Source: Psammoneis japonica
Taxonomy: Eukaryota
Reading direction: 5' to 3'
Assembly: GCA_008632985.1 (NCBI GenBank)
Contig: QPGO01000236.1
Coordinates: 1-64,000, forward strand
Length of the DNA: 64,000 bases
Part shown: in pieces, positions 23,321-35,410 of the stretch
How positions within the stretch are numbered: position 1 is the first letter of the stretch
How the letters are laid out: each line of letters starts with the position of its first letter
Made by a program: the position numbers and the translations under genes
The notes under the pieces: model-generated
Database searches by the model: none
What the model was told of the DNA's origin: nothing
What the model saw: only the letters and a program-made list of their open reading frames with translations

Positions 23321-25599
23321 CAGATGTGACACTTGCACCAGGGCATGACCTTTGTGACATGCAGAAAGGGCCATGTGAAAGTCATGAATCTTTCTTGCCT
23401 CAGCAGCAATCTTGGCAAATTAACAAGAAAGAGAGCCTGCTTCATTGTTTTCATCAAGCTTGACATGCCCTTTGTCTGGTTGAGCAAACTTGTCCTTGAC
23501 ATCCTGAGGAATTGTGGGGGAATTGCCCTGGAAACTTGTTGAAGAAGCTCACATTTGCAGCGCTGATGTGGACCATGACACAAGCCAAAAGAAAGCTGGT
23601 GCTTTCCTTCCAGCTTGCAGCACACTGGAGCTCACCCTTGTCTTCCTCAGCTGGTGCTTCATGAGGGCATGCTGTGTCTGTGCATTCCACATTGCTGGTG
23701 TTTGTGTTGTCAGCAGCAAGACAACCAAGTGCACAGCTGTCCACCACAAGAAGCTCCTGTGCCCCCAATGCTGCTTTGATGGTCACTGCTGCCAAGGTGG
23801 AGAATGATGACATGCCTGCCTCTGTGCTCAATGAGTGGCAGCGAACCCTGGCTCTCTTCAAGCCAAGTGATGGAAGCAACACAACATGGCGCAATCTGTG
23901 TGAGCTGTGCAAGCAACAACTGATTGCTTCTCCATTGTCTAAAAAAAAAGGTTGAGATCCTGCACATGATGGAATGGAAGATCATTGGTGGGCTTTCTGT
24001 GCAAGCTGGTCACCATCAGACAGAGTCTTCATGTTCTGCAAACTCTGCCAGCTTGCATGAGATTCCTTGCACAAGAAGTTAAAGTCTTGCTTTGCACATT
24101 TTGATGCCTTGGCAGCCAGCCTCTTGCTCTGATCTGAAAGATGCATGTGAGAACTGGGAGAGCACAAAGGCTGCAAAGATCACCTCCATTGCATGGAAAA
24201 GAGTTGCGCAGCCAATCTCTCTGTGCTTGGCACAAAGCTGGTGGATTCTAGCAAGCACACAATGGCATGAGCACCCAGACAATGCTGTGCTGCAAGGGAG
24301 AGGGGTGGACTTTGCTGCAAGTCCTCCAGCTCTCCATGCTTTGGTGCAGAGCCGGCAGATTTTTGTGCATGGTGGTGGACATCACTTGCTGCACCACAAG
24401 CACTTGGGCAATGCTGTGTTCCAAGGTCAAGGGCTGGGGACAGGAGCATCATTCAAACTTGCACTGCGTGGGCTGTGATGAGAACTGATTGATCAACACC
24501 CGCAAAATGAGCTCAATCAGCTGAGCAGAGTGCACTGTGGAGGACAAAGCCCCGCAATGCAGGAGACACAGAGCTTTGAAGAGTGCTGTGGAGGATGATG
24601 GCCTGAAAAGTTGATCCTGTCAAGAAGGCAGTGGAGCAGAAGCAGCAAAAGCAAGTGATTCAGCATGACAGGCACAGCTTTCAAAAACTGGCAGAGCAAG
24701 GTGTCGCACTCATGCCACCACCACATCATCAGCACAAATCAAGCACTGCCTTGATGCCAGCACAGAGGGCATTTCAGGAGGATTGGGATCAGCACAAGCA
24801 GAAGGAACCTCAGTTGTGAGAAGATCTTTGCAAGATTGTGATGGAGTGGGAGGAGAAAGATCAAGTGTGCTGAGGGGTGCCAGCACGCAGAGCTGTTGCA
24901 GAAAAAAGAGGGCCAGCATGAGGAACAGCTGCGCCAAGAAGAGAGCCAGCATGAAAGTCATGTGAAAGAAAAAGAAAAGGCCTCAGAACAAACCAAGAGA
25001 AGCCACAAAAAGAGGAGCTCATTGAGGACTTGATCAACCGCACTTGAAGCAGCTCAAGAGTGCTCTGATGGCACTGTCCAGCCTTCTGGGAGCAACGAGG
25101 CTGGTGGCAAGCTCATCTTGCTGTCAGCGACAACAACTCCTCATGAGGTCTCACAGCCAACCGCAATGTCAACAACGCAGTGGCCAGCCCCACATCCTCA
25201 TGGCCCCTGCTCTGTGTTCAAAAAATGAGTGCAAACGAAAGCAGAACAAGGTGCAAAAAGTGAAAATTGTGAGATTGGATTTCACTCAATCATTTTGGGT
25301 TTCTCCGAACGAGTTCTCAATGGCCTGAAGCTTTTGCACTACTTCTACAGACTAAAAGGCCTTTCGGGGAATACAATTGTGACAACAGATTGTCCGGGTA
25401 CGATTGCTGTTGACACGTGTGATGTCAACATCGCCAAGCGATCGTATTTGCAATTCTGTGTGACTGATCTGTCCTTCGTACGAACCCACGATTGACGTAC
25501 GATTGAAACATGCTGTAGCAACATTTAAAAAAAAATGTATGTCCACATAAAATGTACGTAACGCACCTTGCACCTTGCCGCCATGGTTGCCACCGGGTG

Positions 25600-28500
25600 C
25601 CTCGCCTTTTACGATTGAGGAAGAGCACATCATTTGGAAGCAGCAGAGGGCTCAAGCCAAGGAGAAAGCTTTGAACATGGCGTCACCTTCTGCCAAAGTC
25701 CTCAACCGGCAGACCCTCTTCGGCCACGCTTGCATCACATTCCACCCTCCTCTTGCGTCATTTGGAAGAAGCAGAGGGCCCAAGCCAAGGAGAAAGCTTC
25801 AAACATGGCATTGCCTTCTGCCAAAGTCCTCAACCGGTGGCAGACCCTCTTCGGCCATGCTTGCACCACATGCCTCCCTCACCTTGCCCACTGGTTTTCC
25901 AACAAGTCTCAAGCGTGCTGCTGGGGTGCTTGCCAACCCAGTGTGATGCCAAACGTGCTGCTGCTTGCCCTGAATGAATGGCGGTGCCTTGTTGTCACAA
26001 TGGCGGCAATGGCGAGCAGTCATTTTTCTGACTTTTGACAACCAGGTCCAACCTGTGCTGCTTGTGGCAGGTTGAGCACAGCCACGTGCATGAGGGTCTT
26101 GAAGGGTTGACAAAATGACAGCACCTGCGCAACAGTCTCAGCAAGCAACAAATGCTCAGGTTGTGAGAGCAGCTGGCAAGCTCCAGACTCCAGCACAGTG
26201 GCAGATTGGTGGGCATGCCAGAGGATCCAACAAGAGACCATTTCAAGGCTTCACAATGAACAAGATGAACACTGCCAAAATCTGTTGCTTGTTGGCGCCA
26301 ACTGGAGTCCTGCCAAGCTCACCTGAGCTGGCCTGAACAGAGCTGCCAAGTTCTGGAAAAAGGTGCTGCTGTCCATGAAAGCCTGGTCTTTCCCCTTCAG
26401 ACATTTCTTTGCCAAAAAAAACCAGGTGTTGTCAGCTGGAGTGCATGGAAGCCAAAACAGCTTCAGACAAAAGCAAAAAAGGTGCGGAGATGGGCTGTGA
26501 GCACTTGTTGAGATGGAGCTGATGCCCATGCATTGTGTGCAGTGTGCACAAATGGGTGCAATCTTGCAGCTGTTTTGCCTGGCACAACCAATCGATGGGT
26601 GCCCCACACATCGCCAGGCATGTCTTCAGTTTGCAAAACTCTTTGAGGCCTCGTTGCCACAAAGCATGGACCTGATGACTGCGAATTGATGAGGTGCAAG
26701 TCATTCTCTCACTTCTCTTGTGCAGATCTGAAGGCCACCAGAAACCAAAGTGAAGTGCCCCCTTGAACAAGACAGGCTGAAGAGAAACTGAGTCAAAACC
26801 AGTGGAGCAAAAAAGGTGTGGAGATGGGCTGTGAGCACTTGTCAAGACGGAGGTGCATCTTCAGTTTGCAAAACTCTTTGAGGCCTTGTCACCACAAAGC
26901 ATGGACCTGATGACTGTGACCCCAGATTGACAAGGTGCAAGTTGCACCCTCACTCTTCTGCAGATCCGAAGGCCACAAGAAACCAAAGTGAGACACCCCC
27001 TTGAACAAGATGGACTCAAGAGAAACTGAGTTGAAACTGGTGGAGCAAAAAAGGTGTGGAGATGGGCTGTGGGCACTTGTCAAGATGGAGCTGATGATTG
27101 TGCATCACACACACAAAAGCAGGTGCCATCTTGCTTCTGTCTCACCTTGTGCAACCAATCGACAGGTGCTCCACATGTCATGAGACACATCTCCAGTCTG
27201 TGGAACTTGTTGAGGCCCAGTCACCACAAAGCATGATGGACCTGATGACTGTGATCCCAGATTTAGGACAGGGCGCAAGTTGTCCCTTTGCTCTTCTGCA
27301 AATCTGAGGGCCACAAGAAACCAGAGCAAGACACCTCCTGCCACGCTGCGTGGTCACTTCTCGTTGAGTTTTCCAGCACATTCTTTTTCTTGTCCTCCAC
27401 TTGAAGCTCTGCATGGGTGGCGAGTGCCAGGAGAAGACCTTGCTTCCATTCCTTGTTCACACACAAAACTTTGGGCTGAAGCTCATGGCGGGGTGTGGTG
27501 CATGACAAACCTGCCACAAAGAGAAAATCATGAGAGCAGGAGTGAAGGCAGAGACTGAGCAAGCTCTGAAGAGAAAAGTGGTCAGGAGGGCTGGGCTCGC
27601 TGCGAGCAGAAGGAGTCTCAGTTGCGAGAAGAACTTTGCAAAATCATGGTGGAGCAGGAGGTGGGAGAAGGGTGGCAGAGAGCGAACACGCCATGTGCGC
27701 CCCAGGCTGCTTCTTCTTGTTCAAGATCGTGGTGGAGCAGGAGGCAGGAGAAGGATGCCTGAGAGCAAACACGGCCATGTGCGCCCCAGGCTGCTTCTTC
27801 TTGTTCTTGATCTTGGGGTCAGGAGAAGGATGCCTGAAAGCAAACACGGCCATGTGCGCCCCAGGCTGCTTCTTCTTGTTCTTGATCTTGGGGGTCTTGA
27901 GGGGTTGCAAAATGACAGCACCTGTGCAACAGCCACAGCGAGCAACAAATGCCCAGGCAGAGTGCCGGCATTGCAAGAGCAGCTGGCAAATTCCAAACTC
28001 CCGCACAATGACAGATTGGGGGGCCCTTGGGGGGCCCTCGCCCCCCCCCCCCCCCCCTCCACTGCACATTGCAGATCATGGTGCCAGGTTCCACACCCGG
28101 CCCTTTTTGAGATTCTCTGGGATTGGTGCCGGCGTGAACCACTTGGTCTTGCGATCCAAAGGCCACTGTGGTGTGCTGGTCACATGCTTGGCAATTTCAT
28201 CCATCACGGTGATGTGTTTTGAATGTTTCTTTTCCGCGTTGGAGCAGCTGGGTGTCTTTCCATCCTGCTCTCTTGCAGCGGACGATTGGCTGCGGTTGCA
28301 GCCTGTGATCTGCTCCATGTTTTTTTCACCTCCTTTGAAAACGGGTCGTCAGATTCGATCACAGCATCACCCTCGCTGTCACTGCGCTTTGCCACGGGAC
28401 GGTTTTGACAAGCAAATGACTTTGCGCAATCCTCCAATCCTGGCGTGGAAGCAACAGCTGATGTTGAAGGGGCAATGGCAAAACCTTCAAAAGACATGAT

Positions 28501-29066
28501 GCAACTGCCATGGGCTGGTCTTGGTTTGTTTGATTCTTCAACCGTTTGCTGTTTTTTCTTGACCGGGTTCCCCCAGGGTTCTGTGAGAGCTTTGATGGCA
28601 CACACACCCTCCAAGATTACACTCGGATTCCTCAAAGCCAACCAGAGTCCTGCCAAGCTCACCCAAGCTGGCCTGAACAGAGCTGCCAAGTTCTGGAAAA
28701 AGGTGCTGCTGTTCATGAAAGCCTGGTCTCTCCCCCTCAGACATCTCTCAGACAGCCAAAACCCACGTGTCGCCAACCAGAGCACTTGGAAGCAAAAGCA
28801 AATTTAGATGAAAAGACTGAGGGCTGAAAAGGGGTGCTTCTCTCAAACATGTCATGTCATTGCAACTGTGGCATTTTTTGAAGTTGCAGGCATGTGAGAC
28901 AATTTGCATTTAAAAAAAGGCCCTGAGATGACCAAAAATTTGCCAGACAAAAAAGATCAATGTGAAAATGAGATTGACCAAGTTTCTCATGATTCTTTCG
29001 TGCTCATGAGGGCAGACGATGAACATGAGGTGACAACCTCAAGTGCATGAGACAATTTGCATTTTC
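25600..29066. repeat. Hypermutated array of degenerate dispersed and tandem repeats
   Basis: Duplicated blocks 25633-25750/25760-25880, 26095-26220/27895-28020 and 26305-26460/28646-28800; ~240-bp units at 26470-27320; CCATGTGCGCCCCAGGCTGCTTCTTCTTGTTC three times at 27690-27890. Confidence 0.8.
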
Positions 29067-29070
29067 TTAA

Positions 29071-29528
29071 CCCTTCAACCACCAGGGGAGCAAATCTCCA
29101 CTTGCTCTACTTAGGGATTTGTGACGTGTCATGCACTTTTATAACAATATAATGAACGTGGTATAAAAATGTCATGTCGCGTAGAATCTACGTAAAGTGT
29201 GCCACGTGCATTTACTTTGCTCCAAGGGTGTGGTATTATTTCTCTATTTGTGATAGTAGTTCATGATAACCTGCATTGTTAAAGGTTGAGATTTAGTTCC
29301 TCTCTATCCATAGATGAAGCTTGCAAAAAACCCGGTGTTAAAAGTCGACATTGAACTTTCTAAATTACAAAAAGGGTTCCCCCAGATTTTCGGCGAATGC
29401 GCGTTCCAAAACAAAATCGCGCGAATAAAATATTATTTATATCTGAAAATACCTATTTTACTATATTTGTGACGTAAGGGAGCAAATCTCCACCCGTGGA
29501 GATTTGCTCAAGTCCGGTGGTTGAAGGG
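29071..29528. mobile_element. piggyBac-type MITE (458 bp)
   Basis: 13-bp TIR CCCTTCAACCACC / GGTGGTTGAAGGG, TTAA on both sides (29067-70, 29529-32), subterminal palindrome GAGCAAATCTCCAC-CC-GTGGAGATTTGCTC; interrupts one unit of a ~155-bp tandem repeat. Confidence 0.9.
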
Positions 29529-30345
29529 TTAAAATGACCTGAGATGAGCAAAAAATTGCTAGACAAAAAGAATCGATGTGAAAATGAGGTTGACTAAGTT
29601 TCTCACTATCTTCGCATTTTGGCACATGAGGGCAGACAATGAATATGACTTGACAACCAAGAGTGAAGCTAAAGCAGGTACAGTGGATGAAGGTGGTGTA
29701 GGAGATCAATTCGAGGGACACGCATGTGACAGCTATACCTGAGAAGCAGAAAATATGGAGTTTTGATTTTTTCAGAATCGCAATTGGGAGTAGAAACGGG
29801 AAAGAAAGTCTTCTGGTTCGAACACGACAACAATTCATGCTTTTAGCCTCAGATGGATGGCAATTGATAAGGGAGACATGAGCAGTGGCATCCAGTCAAA
29901 ATGAGCATGATCGCCTACATGACCCCAGCATAAACGGGAAGTAGGAATAGAGACTCGAATTTGGCACTTCACAGCTGGTGTTTTAGCTTGAAAATTCATA
30001 ATATGGACCATCAAATGACAAACCCGGGGAAATGACTCGTGCGTTAAATCGAGAAACTCGCGATTCTTTTTTTTTTCAGGTAAAATACCTCTACGGCACT
30101 GTCTAGGTAGGAACATACTGGCTGATAAGCTCTAAGCCACCGAAAAGCTTCACCTGATGATGACAATGAAATACGATGCCTCTGCCGCTTACTAAGCTAT
30201 CCATCATGATATTATGGTCAACCAACCCCAACAATCAAAAACAATGGAAAGATCAGGCATCTGTATAACGCCATAAGGAGGTATTTTGTTATTGATTGTG
30301 AATCGCCCTACGGTTAGACAGAATTCAAGGCAAATTCGTTCATCA

Positions 30346-30530
30346 GGGTAGACTAAAGACGAATAGAGAGCTTTTTGTTGTATTCGTATACTGTAGTAAA
30401 CTTACGCTTATTCTTTTTGATTGGTAAACCATACAACCCTGGGTAGACTAAAGACGAATAGAGAGCTTTTTGTTGTATTCTTATAGTAAACTTACGCTTA
30501 TTCTTTTTGATTGGTAAACCATACAACCCT
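30346..30530. repeat. Direct tandem duplication (95 + 90 bp)
   Basis: GGGTAGACTAAAGACGAATAGAGAGC...CCATACAACCCT twice. Confidence 0.95.
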
Positions 30531-31035
30531 GAAAGAGACCAGAATGCGCTGCATCACTGTCGACCCCTCGTGGCCATCACATTGGTCGTCGGAGCTTCAT
30601 TTGCTAGTGCTGAAAATCATGTAGAAATTATGGAGAAGAATAATTTTTGTTAGACTCTGAGGAAACTTTATCTTAAAAAAAAGCCATTTCCAATGGTACA
30701 AAAATTACGTTCGACCGATGCCTCAAGGAGTTGTTCTCCCCTGAAACCATTGACACTTTACATGATGACTTTTACGTAAGCAACACGATGAAAACTTCAA
30801 AATTCCGTTTTCAGAAATACGGTGAGCATTTACCAATTATGGAATTTTGCCGAATGGTGAACATCGTTGGGTTTGTCACAAAAAAGTAAGCACGCGAAAA
30901 CACGACAAACAAGATATTCTACGTGAATTTTCTCCTTTTCGCAAAAAATTTCTAGGTATTTCTCGAAGAGTTGGATAAAGATCCACAGTGATTTCTACCT
31001 TCTTCACTGTAAACGCTTGCGGCTAAGACCCGTCG

Positions 31036-31139
31036 CAGTCGTGGAAATTGGGGTTTAATTCGGGGTGTAATTTGGGGGTGTAAATACGCGAATCGCGCAA
31101 ATTTACACCCCAAAATGACACCCGATTTTCTCACGACTG
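31036..31139. repeat. ~104-bp imperfect palindrome
   Basis: CAGTCGTG...CACGACTG outer arms, GGGGTGTAAAT...ATTTACACCCC inner arms. Confidence 0.8.
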
Positions 31140-33014
31140 CTAGAGTGTGAAATTGGATGTCTGTAATTCTGCAAGAACTGATATACACTGTACATTGAAT
31201 ATCCCTGCTTATGCACACGAACCTCGTGTGCACCCTACGCAAAATGCTGCGTAGATTTGTACCGAATTAAATCTGAATGCCTACATCTGCAGTAGGCTCT
31301 ACGTGAAAACGCACTCGAAACAGTGTCCACCGAGCCGGCAGTCATGTGCCGGAACGTCGTGAAAAGTATTTTATGTCTGAGAAAGAGTTCGTCAGGGCCG
31401 GCGAACAACACCCCTCTACGATGCGACTGGTATAAAATGTACGTAAATGCACAGGAACCAGCATGTGGTTCGTGTGCAAATTAGAGCTCGTGAAAAATAA
31501 GCAGGGATATATACTCCTCAAAAATTGTTGATAGCTGAGTAGGAATAACTCTATATTTTTAATTTGAATCAACTTATTTGTACACGTAGCTGAACATTCT
31601 ATTGACAGCATCAAAACACCATGGCGTTCGGCGGCTCCGCTGCGATCTTACACACATCAAATCATTGTTCTGACAAGTCTAGTCCATTTACAATAACGTA
31701 TGACGTGTTTTCTTCTGAAATGGCATGAACTTGCCTTCATTTTGTTGTCCGTTGATGGCAATCTCATCGTTTTTCGTCATTATTTCTTTCATAAATATAT
31801 CATAATAGTTCCCCATCAACGAGTTCTTACATCTCTTACTGGTTGAAGCTCGTCGTTGATTGTTGGTTGCCATTGTTGTTCGACATTCTGATGTTTGTTG
31901 CCGTCATGGACGATGATGAGTCTGTTTTCGTACGAAAAATTACAGGCAGCTTACTAAAAATTACAGGCAAAAATTACATGCCTCAGTACGGGTAATTGTT
32001 GGCTGTAATTTTTTTGAGGGGTCGCGCGTTTTTACACCCCATAATTACGGATGCAAGCACGAGTCGTATGAAAGAAATAATACTGTTATATGCCTGGCAG
32101 TAGATTAAAGAATGTTGAAAATCTGGTAAAAACTCCGAGCAGCATTTGTTAGTCGTCATTCATAGATCCAATAGCGCAATTCTGCTGGTTTCTATTTTAA
32201 ATTTTGCCATTTGGAGTTTTCAGAATTATGTAACATTAATTCGACTAAGAGAATCTGTCTCTACAGATAGCCGTGCTTCATTTTTTCGTTTTGTTCTCTA
32301 GCCTCTTTCGCTGCAATAAAAATGGACAGCTCATACGCTCTTGAACCTTCAATCTCCAAGTTAAAAACTAATAGAATTTCAGATGAGTTCTCTCGATTTC
32401 CATCATTGCTATGGATTGAGAGGAACTGAATATGAAAGTTATTTTGAGTTACTATCACAGCATGGAGGAAATCTCAAATGATGTCAGCAAAAACTATGTG
32501 TGACAGAAGAATTGTCGGGCAAGCTGAGGAGGTGCATTGTCTGTCTATCTTAGGCTATTTCTTGTTTTTGCTCCTTCTGCATGCCATGTCCTAGCTTTCA
32601 TTCATCCTGTGTCCGAGTGACCAAATGCATAGAACTGTAATTGAAAAATGTACTGAAAGGCTGGTGCAAAGGAATTGAAATCGTGGTTTTGTCAGTGCAA
32701 TTTCTACGGTACGAAAAAAGACGTCGAGACTGTCCAGCGTTCACCGAAGCGGCCAACCTTCTTCGGCCAGCACTGGCTGGACGTCCCCCAAATTGCACGG
32801 GCGATAGCATTCAACATCCGATCTGCGCAAAATATTTGGCCAATTCCACAAGTTGATAAAGACCTGCAGCTATTTCTTGAGTCTCTTCTTTGTTTTTGGG
32901 TTACCTTGCAGATCTAAAGAAACCATGTACCAGTGTGGAACTGGACTCAAAGGGATAATGACCACGATGCAAATTGCAAAGGAGGCAGATATTATGATGG
33001 CTTCTGAAGCGGCA

Positions 33015-34210
33015 GCTAAAGCAACATGAGACAAAATGTCCTGAGATGGACAGTGTGGTGAGCTAAGCCCTTGCTGAATCTGAAAGAGACAAAATAATGA
33101 CCTCGTGGGGAAACCGAGTTTAATTTGTTGGGATAACGAGTTTGCTCAAAAGGTGGATTTTCTCACCATTCTCTTTTTTCGCTGGTGTTATTTCCTTAAC
33201 CGCGTTGTGGGGCGGCTATCATCTCTAGCCTTTGAGATGACAATGATGCAAATTTTTCACGATTGCAATCAGTTGTTTCAACACCTAGTCAGGGCAATTG
33301 TCATGCGCTTACGAGCTTGACAGAGATGTGCTTCTCAACCGTCACCCAAAGCAACATGAGATAAAATGATTTGAGATGGACAGTTTGGTGAACTAAAACC
33401 TTGCCTTTGAGATTTTCACGTTGCAATTTTTTCACGATTACAATCAGTTGTTTCAATGCCTAGTCAGGGCAATTTTCATGGGCTAACGAGCTTGAAGTCA
33501 CGTTCTCGCAACACCGGTGGGTAGTTTTAACTTCTCGCGGGACCACCAATGCAAATGAGGCAGAGATCTGCTTCTCAACCGTCACCCAAAGCAACATGAG
33601 ATAAAATGACCTGAGTTGGACAGTAAGGTGAACTAAAACCTTGCCTTTGAGATGACAATGTTTCAAATTTTTCACGATTACAATCAGTTGTTTCAAAACC
33701 GACTAGTCAGGGCAATTGTCATGTGCTTAAGAGCTTGAAGTCACCTTCTCGCAACACCGGTGGGGTAGTTTTAACTTCTCGCGGGAACACCAATGCAAAT
33801 GAGGCAGAGATCTGCTTCTCAACCGTCACCCAAAGCAACATGAGATAAAATTACCCGAGATGGACAGTTGTGGTGAGCTAAAACCTTGCATGGGGGAATC
33901 TGACAGCGACAAATAATGAGCAGGTGTGAAAACCGAGTTTAATTGCGATGACGAGTTGGCTCAAAGGATGGATCTTCTTCAACACATCCTTTTTGTCGCG
34001 TTTGATGCGACAACGAGTTGGTTCAAATGGTTGATCTTCTTCACTGTATTCTTTTTTGTCGCTGGTGTTCATTTCCCAAACCTCGTTGTGGGGTGGCTTC
34101 CCCAGCCTTTTGAGATGACAATGCTGAAAATCTTTCACGATTGCAATCGGTTGTTTCAAGCAACAACTACTCAGGGCAATGTGGCCATGCACACTAAAGA
34201 GCTTGAATCC
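33015..34210. repeat. Degenerate tandem repeats (~240-330 bp units)
   Basis: AAAGCAACATGAGA(C/T)AAAAT...GGACAG near 33018, 33348, 33588 and 33832; TTTTCACGATT(G/A)CAATC(A/G)GTTGTTTCAA four times. Confidence 0.85.
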
Positions 34211-34793
34211 AATCTCGCGGATGGTCTCTGTTGGAGACTGTTGGAAATGGTGAATTAAAAGTTCAAACACCGAAATTGGTTCCTCCTCTTTTAGGTGGAA
34301 CTCTCTAGATCGAAGTCTGAAACCGAAAGATTTTGGATTGCCGCCCTCGCTACTATCAGAAAATAGAGCCATGACGATTGCCTGCACCAATCATTTTGCT
34401 GCATTTTGCGCCGGGCGTTCGAATTAATTATAACACACAACGGCCATTTCGGTGCGCACTTTTGCGCGACCCACGCGACATGACTGACATGCGTTAGTGC
34501 GTGGTGCTGGTTGTTTTGCTTCTGACCGTTCTGTCTTCTGTGAGGTTTCATGAGGCTGTCTGTGCACATTGATGTTGTCTAGTTGTGCATGTTGATGTTG
34601 TCCAAGGCAAGCTGCGTTGGATTAAGTGAGTGTGGAAATGTGCGAAATTTGCGCATTGTTGCAGTTTCTTTGCCAAACAGTTGGCCCTCATTTGTGGCCA
34701 CACTCAATCCGCGGCGGCTCAAGTGAAAGTCCATGTGCATGCATTTTGCGCATTGATGCGGTTGTCTTTGCTAAATGGTCATTTGCAATTTGC

Positions 34794-35264
34794 TCAATTC
34801 CATTCTTTCTGGCCACACTTCTTCTGAAGGGACTTTGCTTGCTCCTTCTCCTGCTCCGCCATCTCCTCCTCGGTGAAAAATCTCCCCGACCGCTGTGGAA
34901 TCGCCGCTGCATGTGCTGCCTTTAGCTCCTCCATGGTTGAATCATCCTTGGGCGCGACTGTTGTTTCCACATGATGACTGTCCACTGTCGTGTTGTCTTG
35001 CACAAGTGCAGAAGTGACATCAAAATTTCCCGAAGTGAGGTCAAACGCCGCTCTTGCTTCTTCCAAGGTAATCTCCTCTTCGTCTTCCTTGTTCATCAAT
35101 GACTGAAGAAGTTCCGCATGTGTCTGCACCTTTTTCTTGTCCTCACCAGTTTTCTTTGGCTCGTCTGCCTTCTTTGTTTGTTGTTGCAAATCCATGTTCT
35201 CTCTGTTGCTACGTTTTCTGTGAGGGTTGCGTTCGCGTTTCTTGGTTTGTTGGTTAAAATCCAT
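34794..35264 (-). pseudogene. Small charged ORF downstream of RepHel (copy A; copy B at 39622-40125), unknown function
   Basis: K/E-rich ORF of 156-167 aa preserved in both duplicate copies. Confidence 0.4.
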
Positions 35265-35410
35265 TCGACGTTGTGTGACACATGTGCAGATTTCTGCGCA
35301 ATGTGCTGATCTAATCGAAATGTTTTATTTTACGAAATTTCCGCATTTTTACGGTTGGGGTCGCTGGACAGTTGCACAGTGGTTGAGCATCCCAATCCAA
35401 TGTTTGCGCA

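Noticed and set aside
27530..28785. Long ORFs of 193-287 aa
   Set aside because: Overlapping in several frames, Tyr-free and built from tandem repeats; explained by stop-codon loss.
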